Assembly: GCA_021648085.1 (NCBI GenBank)
Contig: JAKITS010000001.1
Span: 915,201 to 979,200 of the forward strand
Length of the DNA stretch: 64,000 nucleotides
Direction of reading: 5' to 3'
Source: Candidatus Magasanikiibacteriota bacterium
GTDB lineage: Bacteria; Patescibacteriota; Patescibacteriia; Magasanikbacterales; UBA922
Positions 1 to 9,319 of this stretch are shown piece by piece. Below the pieces are notes generated by a model. The model ran no database searches and was not told the origin of the DNA. It worked only from the letters and a program-made list of their open reading frames with translations. The number at the start of each line of letters is the position of its first letter. The stretch's first letter is position 1. Position numbers and translations under genes: made by a program.

Positions 1-98
1 AATTTCTGGCTTTTTTATTTTGGGGATATTTTTTAGAGTTTTATTTTATTCTTTCTGTAATATATCTTGTTTTTTTATGGTATAATTAAATATCAGAT

Positions 99-258
99 GA
101 GACTATCTCAAAATATACTTTCATTATTAAAATTTCTAAATTTTGAGCGAGACGAAAAGAAAAAATTTTTGCTCAGCCTTAACTTCGGAAATATTTTTTC
201 TTGAAGTCGTAGCCAAAATTTTTATATTTTAATAGAAATGATGTTTTGAGATAGTCTT
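99..258 (+). repeat. Copy A of a conserved ~125-nt core element (three copies in this window, all + orientation). It is closed by a copy-specific perfect inverted repeat, agactatctcaaaa at 100..113 pairing with ttttgagatagtct at 244..257. It lies in the 5' leader of the SpoIID-like gene.
   Basis: Direct sequence comparison with 16742..16932 and 28282..28444. Shared core AAATTTCTAAATTTTGAGCGAGACAAAAAGAAAAAATTTTTG...CGGAAATATTTTTTCTTGAAGTCGTAGTCAAAAT...TTTTAATAGAAATGATGTT. Internal palindrome AGAAAAAAT/ATTTTTTCT. An extended -10 box TGGTATAAT sits upstream at 78..86. Confidence 0.75.
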
Positions 259-279
259 TAATCAAATTTAATCTTTTTT

Positions 280-2151
280 ATGATATCCTCAAAAACTATG
301 ATTTTTTTTAGAAATTTTTTTATATTTTTATTATTTTTAACACCTTTTATTTTTGTAAATGATGTGTTAGCAATAGACCATCCAACTATCCGAGACACAG
401 GATTTTCTGCAAAATATGTAGATCAATCTATTGGTGATCCTATAGTAATTCCAGCAGGAACAAGTGAAACTGTCACAATCCGATTTAAAAACACTGGTAC
501 AAAAGTGTGGTATGCTGGTGGATCTAATTTTATTTCTGCTTATACAATTGAGCCAAAATATCACGACTCATTATTTCGTGGTTCAAACTGGATTGGAAGT
601 GATCAGACTGCAACAATTTCTAAAGATACTTATCAAGGTCAAATTGGAGAGTTAAAAATAGACCTAATAGCTCCAAATAAAGTCGGGGAATACACAGAAA
701 AATTTTATCTTGCAGCAGAAAATTATAGTTGGGTTCGTGGAAGTTATTTCTTTTTAAAAATTAAAGTAATAAATGCTCCAGAAATACAAAAAGCAAAAAT
801 TACGCAAATTGAAAAAGTAGAAACTAAAGAGGAGGTTTCAACAACAATTTACAAAGCTCAGCGTTTTATTTTGAATAAACCAGAAATCACAGCAGTTGGA
901 GGAGAGCAAATAAAAATAATTTTGGGTTATCAAAATGTGGGGGAGTCTGCATGGCAAAATTATTCTTTTGTGGCTGGTGGCACAAGTGTGGCAAGTGGAG
1001 AATTTGCGTCTTTTGCAGATGCTAGCTGGCAAGACAAAAATACTATTTTACAAAAAAATAACCCTATTTCTTCTGGAGGAATTTTACGAGAGACTTTTTT
1101 TATGCGTGCTCCAGCAAAACAGGGAAATTATACTGCTAGATTTCAGTTGAAAGTAGATGGTACAGTATTGGGCGATGGAATTGTGGAAATTCCAATCACT
1201 GTCACATCCGATGCACCCTCACATTATGTTGAGCCAGTTCTTAGTGGGGAACCAATTGAAATTTACAGATTATCACAAGAACCTAGAATTCGTGTAGGGC
1301 TTTGGCGAGATGCAAATTTTGTTGAGTTTGTTTCTGATGAAGACAATTATAATGTTTTTGAAGGTACAGTTTTGATAGGTATTTTACCTCGCGGAACTCT
1401 TGCAAAAATGAGTTATTCTGCTGGAATTTATACTTTTAGCGGTGGTGGAATTTCTCTGAACACAAAAAATTATATTAGACTTGAGCCTATTTCAAATGAG
1501 CGTGCAGTTTTTACACTTCGCAATTATGAAAGGCAGGTTTCATGGAAAGGTCCTAGAAATTTCAATAAATATAGAGGAGCTGCAGAATATAGAGTGACAC
1601 AAGATGGCGCGAATGTTTACCTTATAAATGACGTTTTGTTTGAAGATTATACAGCTGGAATAGGAGAAACTACAAATTATGACAATGTAGAATACATAAA
1701 AGCTTTGTTAACTTCAGCTAGAACTTACGCATATTATATCCAGCAATATAGTAGTAAACATGATAAACGCAATTTTGATGTGGTAGCTCATACCGGCGAT
1801 CAGCTTTATCTTGGTTATTTGCACGAGACTTTGGCGCCAAAAGTCGCAGCCGCAGCTACTGCTACAAAAGGTTCAATTATAACTTACAATGGAACTCCAG
1901 TGATAACACCATATTTTGGAAACACAGATGGTAGAACTAGAGCATGGTCCGAAGTTTGGGGAGGTGAAAAGCCTTGGCTTGTTTCTGTAAAAGCAGACTA
2001 CGACCTTCGTGACGGCAAAAGTTTGTTTGGTCACGGAGTAGGTATGAGTCAACGAGACGCAGAAATCCGCGCCGACGAACTGGGATCTAGTTGGGTTGAT
2101 TTGGTTAAATATTATTATACTGGTGTAGAGGTGGAGAAGTTTTATAAATAA
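280..2151 (+). CDS. Secreted protein with N-terminal signal peptide, tandem Ig-like beta domains and a C-terminal SpoIID/LytB-like domain
   Basis: Hydrophobic N-terminus. The C-terminal region (…ARTYAYYIQQ…HTGDQLYLGY…PYFGNTDGRTRAWSEVWGG…) resembles the SpoIID/LytB amidase-enhancer domain. Confidence 0.55.
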   Translation: MISSKTMIFFRNFFIFLLFLTPFIFVNDVLAIDHPTIRDTGFSAKYVDQSIGDPIVIPAGTSETVTIRFKNTGTKVWYAGGSNFISAYTIEPKYHDSLFRGSNWIGSDQTATISKDTYQGQIGELKIDLIAPNKVGEYTEKFYLAAENYSWVRGSYFFLKIKVINAPEIQKAKITQIEKVETKEEVSTTIYKAQRFILNKPEITAVGGEQIKIILGYQNVGESAWQNYSFVAGGTSVASGEFASFADASWQDKNTILQKNNPISSGGILRETFFMRAPAKQGNYTARFQLKVDGTVLGDGIVEIPITVTSDAPSHYVEPVLSGEPIEIYRLSQEPRIRVGLWRDANFVEFVSDEDNYNVFEGTVLIGILPRGTLAKMSYSAGIYTFSGGGISLNTKNYIRLEPISNERAVFTLRNYERQVSWKGPRNFNKYRGAAEYRVTQDGANVYLINDVLFEDYTAGIGETTNYDNVEYIKALLTSARTYAYYIQQYSSKHDKRNFDVVAHTGDQLYLGYLHETLAPKVAAAATATKGSIITYNGTPVITPYFGNTDGRTRAWSEVWGGEKPWLVSVKADYDLRDGKSLFGHGVGMSQRDAEIRADELGSSWVDLVKYYYTGVEVEKFYK

Positions 2152-2208
2152 AAATTTCTTATTATTATTATGGTGTATAATATAAAAGTTATTAATTAAT
2201 TTAAAAAT

Positions 2209-2676
2209 ATGAAAAGTTCCTTAAGTTCTATAATAATTACAATTGTACTTACAACTTTAATTGTTGGAAGTGCTAGTTATTTAATATTTAATAAATCTGA
2301 AAATAACGAATGTTTTAAAACTTACCAAAAAGATAATATAAGCTTTGAATATCCTTGCGATTGGGGAAAAGATATAACAAATAAAGAAACTTTGGGTGAA
2401 ATAGGAACAGCAGTGGCTCCAGATGGTCAGGCATCATTTCAGTATCCTGCTATAGAAATAGGATTTTCATTTGGTACAGAATTAGTTAATGAGTTTAATA
2501 CAACAATTAATAATAAAAAATATCCAACTAAAAAATTTGAAGGTCTTGGTGTAACTTATCTTATTTTTGAAATGGGAACAGATGTTCATAAAAATGGATA
2601 TAATATTTCATATATTTATACAAATTCAGAACATGAAGATGATTTAAAACATATTATTGAAACCTTCAGGTTTTAA
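2209..2676 (+). CDS. Hypothetical small membrane-anchored or secreted protein
   Basis: ORF with an N-terminal hydrophobic segment. Followed by a bidirectional hairpin terminator. Confidence 0.4.
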   Translation: MKSSLSSIIITIVLTTLIVGSASYLIFNKSENNECFKTYQKDNISFEYPCDWGKDITNKETLGEIGTAVAPDGQASFQYPAIEIGFSFGTELVNEFNTTINNKKYPTKKFEGLGVTYLIFEMGTDVHKNGYNISYIYTNSEHEDDLKHIIETFRF

Positions 2677-2689
2677 ATAAAAAATTCAA

Positions 2690-2722
2690 AAAAAAAGAGC
2701 AGAATATTTCTGCTCTTTTGAC
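2690..2722. terminator. Bidirectional rho-independent terminator (agagcagaatatttctgctct flanked by A- and T-tracts)
   Basis: Perfect 7-bp stem between convergent ORFs, with an A-run upstream and a T-run downstream. Confidence 0.6.
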
Positions 2723-2726
2723 TTTT

Positions 2727-3272
2727 CTAAGCCGATTCAAATTTAACTTCAAAATAACCAGGACTTTCTACTTTTTTAGATATTTTAATCCAATGAGTCT
2801 CACAAATTATTTGTAGAAGAGCAAAAAAATCATTTTTATTTTGAACAAAATAGGCTGGAATTACACCTCTATTTCCCAATTCTATTTCTACGCAATTAAG
2901 AGCATCGTCTTTTTCAGGAATAATTTGGATAAGTTTTCTTTCTTCATCCCAAACTAATCCATTTTTATCCCTTATTACAAAATATTTATAATCATATTTT
3001 AGGCATAAAGTGCAGGCCCACCTTCCATGTCTTACATATGGCTTGTTTATACCCCTTCCAAGAGTAAAAGCCAAAAATTCTACAAATTGTTTGAAATGTG
3101 AAAAACTTTTAATAAAATCAATTTGCTTTTTTTTGTTTTTTATAAAATAAATATTTTGCCACAAACCATTTTCATAGTTTAATATTTCCAAACACTTTGT
3201 GTCCGGATAAAAAATAAATTTTGCGCCAAGCATTATGGCAGTTCTGCTACCTTTTTTTGTACATATACTCAT
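2727..3272 (-). CDS. Hypothetical protein
   Basis: 181-aa ORF with no recognisable motif. Confidence 0.35.
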   Translation of the reverse strand: MSICTKKGSRTAIMLGAKFIFYPDTKCLEILNYENGLWQNIYFIKNKKKQIDFIKSFSHFKQFVEFLAFTLGRGINKPYVRHGRWACTLCLKYDYKYFVIRDKNGLVWDEERKLIQIIPEKDDALNCVEIELGNRGVIPAYFVQNKNDFFALLQIICETHWIKISKKVESPGYFEVKFESA

Positions 3273-3362
3273 TTTCTCCTCCTTTTTATTGTAAAGGTAC
3301 TAATTTATTTGTACCATATATTAATTTTTTTTGTCAATAAAAAACTACTTTTTAAAAGTAGT

Positions 3363-4571
3363 TTATATTTGTGTAATTTTATCAGCTTTTTGAAGTTGAG
3401 GATGGTTGGTTACAAAATAATTTTTATCTAATCCTTTTAGGTTTATATATTGTATAAGGTTGTATACGGCATATTGTAAGGACATAATATCACCTGTGTG
3501 CGCTAATTCTGACGCTGTGTGCATATATCGAAGCGGTACACCAAGCGACATTGCTACTGTGTCTCTACCAACTTTTACACCAGAACTTGCATCTGTTCCA
3601 GTATCTCTTGAACATATAACAGTTTGATATGGAATTGACTTTTTCTTTGATTCTGTTATTAAAATATTATTTAATATTGGTGATATCATTGCACCACAAA
3701 CTACTGTGAAACCATTCCCAATTTCTGTCTCTGGAAAATTTCTCCAAAGTATGTTCGGGGTGTTTACATAGTCGTGACTTACATCAATTGCAATCAAAAT
3801 ATCGGGTTTAAAATTTTCAACAGCGACCATACTCCCATATCTACCAATTTCTTCTTGTGCGGAAATAGTAAAGAGTAGTTGAATATTTTCTAAATCTTGT
3901 ATTTTACTAAACATTTTAGCAAGTTGAACAACAGTAAAGCATCCAACACTATTATCTAAATATGGCCCAGAAAAAATGTTAGTAAAAAGTCTTTTTTCAA
4001 TTTTTCTATCAAAAATAATAGGATCTCCGGGTCGTATACCAAGGTTTTTTAGTTTATAATCAGCATGACTTCCATAAACACCAAGCTCCAAATATAAAGC
4101 AGAGCTAGAAACGCCTTTTTTTCCAGAAATTAGAGATTGACTTGCTAAATGTATTGGCGGAATTCCTTCTATTGTGCCATAAAAAACATTAAATTCTTTT
4201 GGATTATCTGGTTTACGGCTAAAAAGTTTGACTTTGTTAGATATAAGAGATGTTGGTAAAAAAGAAGAGCTTGATATTTTGATTTTTCCGTCAGCTTCTA
4301 TATGTTTTACTTGAAGTCTAATTTTATCAGAATGTCCAACCAACATTATTTTTAAAGGATTACTTTTTTTGCGTTCTGTTTTTAAAACAATTCCAGCATT
4401 TCCAATAAAACTATGAATAGTCCAGCTTTTTTTATTTTCTGTAATTAGTTTTTTAAAAATTGGGTGTATAACCCCGTAAGTTAATGCACCTTCCAAATTA
4501 CTTGGGCTTGGTGCTTCTGCAATTTTTTGTAATAAGAAAAAATCTTCTTCCGACATTTTTTTAATGAGCAT
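3363..4571 (-). CDS. M42-family (FrvX/TET-like) metallo-aminopeptidase
   Basis: Motifs GHSDKI, AQEEIGRYG and IAIDVSHDY resemble the M42 metal-ligand motifs (HxD, EE, D..H). Confidence 0.55.
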   Translation of the reverse strand: MLIKKMSEEDFFLLQKIAEAPSPSNLEGALTYGVIHPIFKKLITENKKSWTIHSFIGNAGIVLKTERKKSNPLKIMLVGHSDKIRLQVKHIEADGKIKISSSSFLPTSLISNKVKLFSRKPDNPKEFNVFYGTIEGIPPIHLASQSLISGKKGVSSSALYLELGVYGSHADYKLKNLGIRPGDPIIFDRKIEKRLFTNIFSGPYLDNSVGCFTVVQLAKMFSKIQDLENIQLLFTISAQEEIGRYGSMVAVENFKPDILIAIDVSHDYVNTPNILWRNFPETEIGNGFTVVCGAMISPILNNILITESKKKSIPYQTVICSRDTGTDASSGVKVGRDTVAMSLGVPLRYMHTASELAHTGDIMSLQYAVYNLIQYINLKGLDKNYFVTNHPQLQKADKITQI

Positions 4572-4628
4572 TCGACCCTCCTTTGTAGGTTTCTATTTTA
4601 TTTTTAACATATTCTTATGTCTTGTGTC

Positions 4629-4660
4629 AAAAAAACCTTGGGTTTAACCCAAGGTTTTTT
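4629..4660. terminator. Hairpin terminator downstream of recA (aaaaaaccttgggtttaacccaaggtttttt)
   Basis: Perfect 9-bp GC-containing stem flanked by A6 and T6, immediately 3' of the recA stop on the minus strand. Confidence 0.7.
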
Positions 4661-4663
4661 ATA

Positions 4664-5722
4664 TTATTTTTGAATTTTTTCTTTTTTCCCAGGTTTTCCT
4701 TGTTCTTCTGGTGGAGCAATTCCTTTTTCCAAAACTTCCCAAATTTGTTTTCTAATTTTTTCCATCAATTTTTTATTTGCCTTTATATATTGTTTTACTT
4801 TTTCTCTTCCAACTCCTAATTTTTCTTCTCCAAATGTGTAAGTATTTCCAGACTTGTCTATTACTCTGTATTCCACACCAACATCTAGTAAATCTCCTGG
4901 AATGGAAATCCCTTCATTATACATAATATCAAACTGAGTTGTTCTAAATGGTGCTGCAACTTTATTTTTAACAACTTTAATTTTTACCCGATTTCCAATT
5001 ACTTTATCTCCTTGTTTTATCTGAGCAGCCCTTCTTATTTCAATTCGTATAGAACAGTAAAATTTCAAAGCATTTCCACCGGTTGTAGTTTCAGGATTTC
5101 CAAAAAATACCCCAATTTTATGACGGATTTGATTTATAAAAATTACAATTGTTTTGGATTTGCTTACAACTCCAGTTAATTTACGAAGTGCTTGGCTCAT
5201 AAGTCTTGCCTGCAAACCCATGTGAGATGCTCCCATGTCGCCGTCTATCTCTGCTTTGGGTACAAGCGCTGCAACCGAGTCAATAACTACCACATCCACA
5301 GCATTTGAGCGTACAAGAGTTTCTAGAATTTCTAATGCTTGCTCTCCAGTGTCTGGTTGAGAAATCAGCATATTATCAACATCTACACCAATTTTACGAG
5401 CATAGTCTGGATCTAGCGCATGCTCTGCGTCTATAAATGCTGCGATTCCACCTTCTTTTTGTACCTCTGCAATTATATGTTGCGCCAAAGTTGTTTTTCC
5501 ACTTGATTCTGGCCCAAAAATTTCCAAAATTCTTCCGCGTGGTACACCTTTTACACCAAGTGCAATGTCCAGTGAAATAGAACCAGTAGAAACTGTTGCA
5601 ATATCCATTGTTCTAGACTCACCAAATTTCATTATAGCACCGTCTCCATATCTTTGTTTTATCTGGTCTATCGCGCTTTGAGCCGCTTGCATTTTACCCT
5701 TCTGCTCGTCTGATTTTGTCAT
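4664..5722 (-). CDS. recA: Recombinase RecA
   Basis: Walker [10 protein letters not shown] and strong conservation across the protein (…[22 protein letters not shown]…-like). Confidence 0.95.
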   Translation of the reverse strand: MTKSDEQKGKMQAAQSAIDQIKQRYGDGAIMKFGESRTMDIATVSTGSISLDIALGVKGVPRGRILEIFGPESSGKTTLAQHIIAEVQKEGGIAAFIDAEHALDPDYARKIGVDVDNMLISQPDTGEQALEILETLVRSNAVDVVVIDSVAALVPKAEIDGDMGASHMGLQARLMSQALRKLTGVVSKSKTIVIFINQIRHKIGVFFGNPETTTGGNALKFYCSIRIEIRRAAQIKQGDKVIGNRVKIKVVKNKVAAPFRTTQFDIMYNEGISIPGDLLDVGVEYRVIDKSGNTYTFGEEKLGVGREKVKQYIKANKKLMEKIRKQIWEVLEKGIAPPEEQGKPGKKEKIQK

Positions 5723-5741
5723 ATTTCCAATATTTATGGTT

Positions 5742-5790
5742 AAAAAAAGAGGATTAATTAAGGACTTTTAATAAAGCCCAAACCCTCTTG
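5742..5790 (-). terminator. Minus-strand hairpin plus T-tract terminator downstream of the RodZ-like gene
   Basis: On the minus strand, aagaggg…cctctt is followed by T7. Confidence 0.4.
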
Positions 5791-5826
5791 ATGATAGTGT
5801 ATTCGTTTTATTTTTGTATGTCAAAT

Positions 5827-6546
5827 TTACTCAATGTAAGAAAATTCTTGATTTTCTTTTAATATAATATACCTTGTTTCTGTTATAGTTTTACCATATT
5901 TTTTTTTCGCCGAAATTGTAATTGTGTTTAAACCATTATTCAAATTTATGGTTTCATTAAACTCACCACTTTCTGTACTTTTAATATCTTTTCCATTTAT
6001 AAAAACATTTACCCCGGGCTTTGTTTTTCCGTGAACCTCCGCTGTGTATTCTTGGGTTATTTGACCATTTTCAGGTGAATAAACTATTAACGAAGGGGGT
6101 TTAAGTATGTTTTGTATTTGAAAACCCAAATAACTAAAAAAACCTAAAATAATTGCAGAAACCAAAATAATCCTTAAAATAAGTGGAAGGTTGTGGGACG
6201 AGTAGTTCGTTTTATTTTGTTTTGGTATTACTGAATTTGTGGATTTTTTTGTGAGAATATTATCTAAAACCCCTTCATTTATTTTAATCTCTAAATAATT
6301 CGCATATTTTTTTATAAAATTTTTTTTATAAATATCTGCAAATGGCAAACTATCTAAATCACCAGATTCTATAAGTTTTAGATAGTGTTTTCCAATTTTT
6401 GTTTTTTTTGATGCTGTCTCTAAGTCTATTTTTGAGAAAATCCTTTCATTTTTTAGGTTTGTGCAAATATCCAAAATGATATTCCCATCTTCTTGAGCAT
6501 CTTGATTATTACTGTTCTTCATCATACGGATTATCAATTTGCTCAT
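5827..6546 (-). CDS. RodZ-like membrane protein with an HTH (XRE-type) domain
   Basis: N-terminal region …KIGKHYLKLIESGDLDSLPFADIYKKNFIKKYANYLEI matches the RodZ HTH pattern. There is a single TM segment (LPLILRIILVSAIILGFFSYLGF). It overlaps the ftsK 3' end. Confidence 0.5.
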   Translation of the reverse strand: MSKLIIRMMKNSNNQDAQEDGNIILDICTNLKNERIFSKIDLETASKKTKIGKHYLKLIESGDLDSLPFADIYKKNFIKKYANYLEIKINEGVLDNILTKKSTNSVIPKQNKTNYSSHNLPLILRIILVSAIILGFFSYLGFQIQNILKPPSLIVYSPENGQITQEYTAEVHGKTKPGVNVFINGKDIKSTESGEFNETINLNNGLNTITISAKKKYGKTITETRYIILKENQEFSYIE

Positions 6547-8815
6547 TAATTTTTATATCTACACTTTCTTGATTTTTGACTTCTTCTTGAAAAATATTAA
6601 GCTCGGCACCGGTATCATTTGTTTGTGGAATATTAGAAATTTCTTCCTGACTCAGTGGAACTTCTGCTATGCTTGTGTCGACTAATATATCACGAGGTTT
6701 TGAGCCTTGTTGTGGCCCTATTATTCCAGCGTCTTCTAACTCATCCATAAGCCTTGCTGCGCGAGCATAACCAACGCGCAGTCTTCTTTGTAGGTACGAG
6801 GCACTAGCTTTTCCCGCTTCTATTACTAATTTTTTTGCATCGTCAAAAAGTAAATCTTTTTTGTGTCTAGATCCTCCACCAAATGAGTTTGTTTTTCCAT
6901 CTCCATCGCCTTCGTCATCTTTTGAAATTATGTTTGAGTCATAAATATTTTCTCCTTCTACTTTTAAGAATTTTACAACATTTTTTAACTCTTCTTCAGA
7001 GATAAAAGCTCCTTGAATACGAACGGGTTTTGAAAGGTCGGCTGTTTGTAAAAGCATATCTCCTTTTCCGACTAGTTTTTCAGCCCCAGGAGAATCCAAG
7101 ATTGTGCGAGAATCAATAAGTGAAGCCACAGAAAAAGCAATTCTACCAGGGATATTTGCTTTCATAAGACCAGTAATAACATCTACGCTTGGTCTTTGTG
7201 TTGCGACAATTAAGTGAATTCCTACAGCTCTAGCCATCTGTGCCAAACGAATAATTCCAGACTCTACCTCGTTCGCTGCAGTTGCCATAAGATCAGCAAG
7301 CTCATCTACAATAAAAACTATATGCGGTAATTTTGTGTCCGGGTGTTTCAAATTGTAAGAAGTAATGTCTCTATTTCCTGCTTTTGCAAGAGTTTCAAAA
7401 CGCCTATCCATTTCGTTTATTGTCCAGCGAAGAGCGTTTACAGTGTCTTGAGTATTCGTTATTACAGGTGTCAAAAGATGGGGAATTCCATTATAAAGAG
7501 TAAGTTCTACTCTTTTTGGGTCAACCATAATCATACGAAGTGTTTCTGCTGTGTTTTGAAAAAGTAGACTCATTATAACTGTGTTCATACATACAGTTTT
7601 TCCAGATCCTGTAGAGCCTGCTATCAAAAGATGTGGCATCTTTGGTAGATCAGCAAACCAAACCTTACCACCCACATCTTTTCCAAGTGCTATCATCATT
7701 CCATGTTTTCTTGCTTTAAAAATCTTACTTTCTAATAACTCTCGAATACTCACTAGTGCTGCTTTTTGGTTTGGAACCTCTATCCCAACCAAAGATTTTC
7801 CAGGTATTGGAGCTTCAATTCTAATGGGATGAGCGGCCAAAGCAAGTGCCAAATTGTTTGTAAGAGATGCAATTTTAGAAAGCCTTACTCCGCGTGCGGG
7901 TGTAAAAGAGTATTGAGTGACTGTTGGTCCAACACGAACTTCTCCAATTTCTACATTTACTCCAAAATCGCTAAGTGTTTCTTGAATAATTCTAACATTT
8001 AATTTTATATCTCCGCTTGTCGGTTTTCCTTTTCTAGTGGTTAAAAGTCGAATTGGTGGCAAGTCTTTAATTACAACTTTTTGACCCCATGACTCATCTT
8101 CGGGTTTTTTTTCTGGTTTTGCAAGAAGCTCTTCTTTACTTTTTATCTTACGAGCCAGAAAATTACCAACACGACTTTCATTATCACTTTCTGTACTTCC
8201 TTCTTTTCCGTACATTCCATTTATTTTTATATCATCTTTTTTGGGCTTGCTTTCAAAAAACTCTGCACCACCAATAGTATTTTTGCCGATAGATCCTACA
8301 CTTCCCAAAGCTTTTCTATTTAAGTGTATAAAATAGACTATACTTGTGTTGAAAAGTAGTAAAAGCGAAACACATACAAAGCCTATTAATAAAATTAAAC
8401 CCGCGGTATTGCCTAAGTATGTTTTTAATGGCCAAGCAAACATTCCAAAAATACCTCCACCTTCTCCGTCTAATGCTTTTAGCCACATCTGACTTGCATC
8501 AAATTTTAAATGAAGTAATCCGGCGGTAGATAAGAAAAATAAAAAAGCACCAATTCCATGAGTTGTTTTGTAGTTGTATTCTACATCTTTTACAAAAAAC
8601 CAGGCTAAAATTGCCAGTACAATAGGTACAAAGTATCTGGAAAATCCAAATAGTGAGCTTAAAATCCATTTATCTATTATAATTCCGACTGTTCCAGCAT
8701 TTTGAAAAAAACTTAAAGTAACAATTATTGCTAAAACTAAAATAAGAATCGCAATAATACCGCGAGATAAGTTGGGATTAAAGGCGTCTATCTGTTGCTT
8801 TTTCTTTCTTGGCAT
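6509..8815 (-). CDS. ftsK: DNA translocase FtsK/SpoIIIE
   Basis: N-terminal polytopic membrane region. Walker A GSTGSGKTV and Walker B IVDELADL in the motor domain. C-terminal gamma-like winged helix. Confidence 0.9.
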   Translation of the reverse strand: MPRKKKQQIDAFNPNLSRGIIAILILVLAIIVTLSFFQNAGTVGIIIDKWILSSLFGFSRYFVPIVLAILAWFFVKDVEYNYKTTHGIGAFLFFLSTAGLLHLKFDASQMWLKALDGEGGGIFGMFAWPLKTYLGNTAGLILLIGFVCVSLLLLFNTSIVYFIHLNRKALGSVGSIGKNTIGGAEFFESKPKKDDIKINGMYGKEGSTESDNESRVGNFLARKIKSKEELLAKPEKKPEDESWGQKVVIKDLPPIRLLTTRKGKPTSGDIKLNVRIIQETLSDFGVNVEIGEVRVGPTVTQYSFTPARGVRLSKIASLTNNLALALAAHPIRIEAPIPGKSLVGIEVPNQKAALVSIRELLESKIFKARKHGMMIALGKDVGGKVWFADLPKMPHLLIAGSTGSGKTVCMNTVIMSLLFQNTAETLRMIMVDPKRVELTLYNGIPHLLTPVITNTQDTVNALRWTINEMDRRFETLAKAGNRDITSYNLKHPDTKLPHIVFIVDELADLMATAANEVESGIIRLAQMARAVGIHLIVATQRPSVDVITGLMKANIPGRIAFSVASLIDSRTILDSPGAEKLVGKGDMLLQTADLSKPVRIQGAFISEEELKNVVKFLKVEGENIYDSNIISKDDEGDGDGKTNSFGGGSRHKKDLLFDDAKKLVIEAGKASASYLQRRLRVGYARAARLMDELEDAGIIGPQQGSKPRDILVDTSIAEVPLSQEEISNIPQTNDTGAELNIFQEEVKNQESVDIKINEQIDNPYDEEQ

Positions 8816-8939
8816 AAAATTATAATGGTTTGTCTGCGTATTAGGTTGTGCTATAATATAGAATAAATAAATTATATCATAGGAATCATCTTAATAAAAC
8901 ATCTTTAAAGTAGTTTTTACTAAAACGGTCTGTGTTTAT

Positions 8940-8968
8940 TTGACAAAATTAAGATAATAGTATATAAT
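8940..8968 (+). promoter_or_regulatory. Consensus sigma70-type promoter (TTGACA, 17-bp spacer, TATAAT) about 350 nt upstream of rpoB
   Basis: TTGACA at 8940..8945 and TATAAT at 8963..8968, read directly from the sequence. Confidence 0.55.
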
Positions 8969-9319
8969 TATGTTCGCTTTTATTTTCACTTATTTTTGTC
9001 GTTTATTTTCGATGAAATTAAGTGTAAAGCAAGGGTAATGACCGCTTTAAAAAATCTACGCCAAACGATAACAAATCGTGAGTGCGCGGGTTATTGCACG
9101 GGAGTGTACAAAAGTAGGAAACCATGCAACAAATCGAAAGAGGGATAAATTAAAAGTAATTAAGAGCGTTCTTAAGTAAAGAGCGTATTTTTTGTTAATT
9201 AAATAAGGAAATTTAGTATAAAAAATTTGACTTTTTCAAATTTTTACATTTTTTAAATCATAACACACTTAGATTTTTCATTCCAAAGAAAATTCTATTA
9301 ATTGTTTCTTATAGGAATT

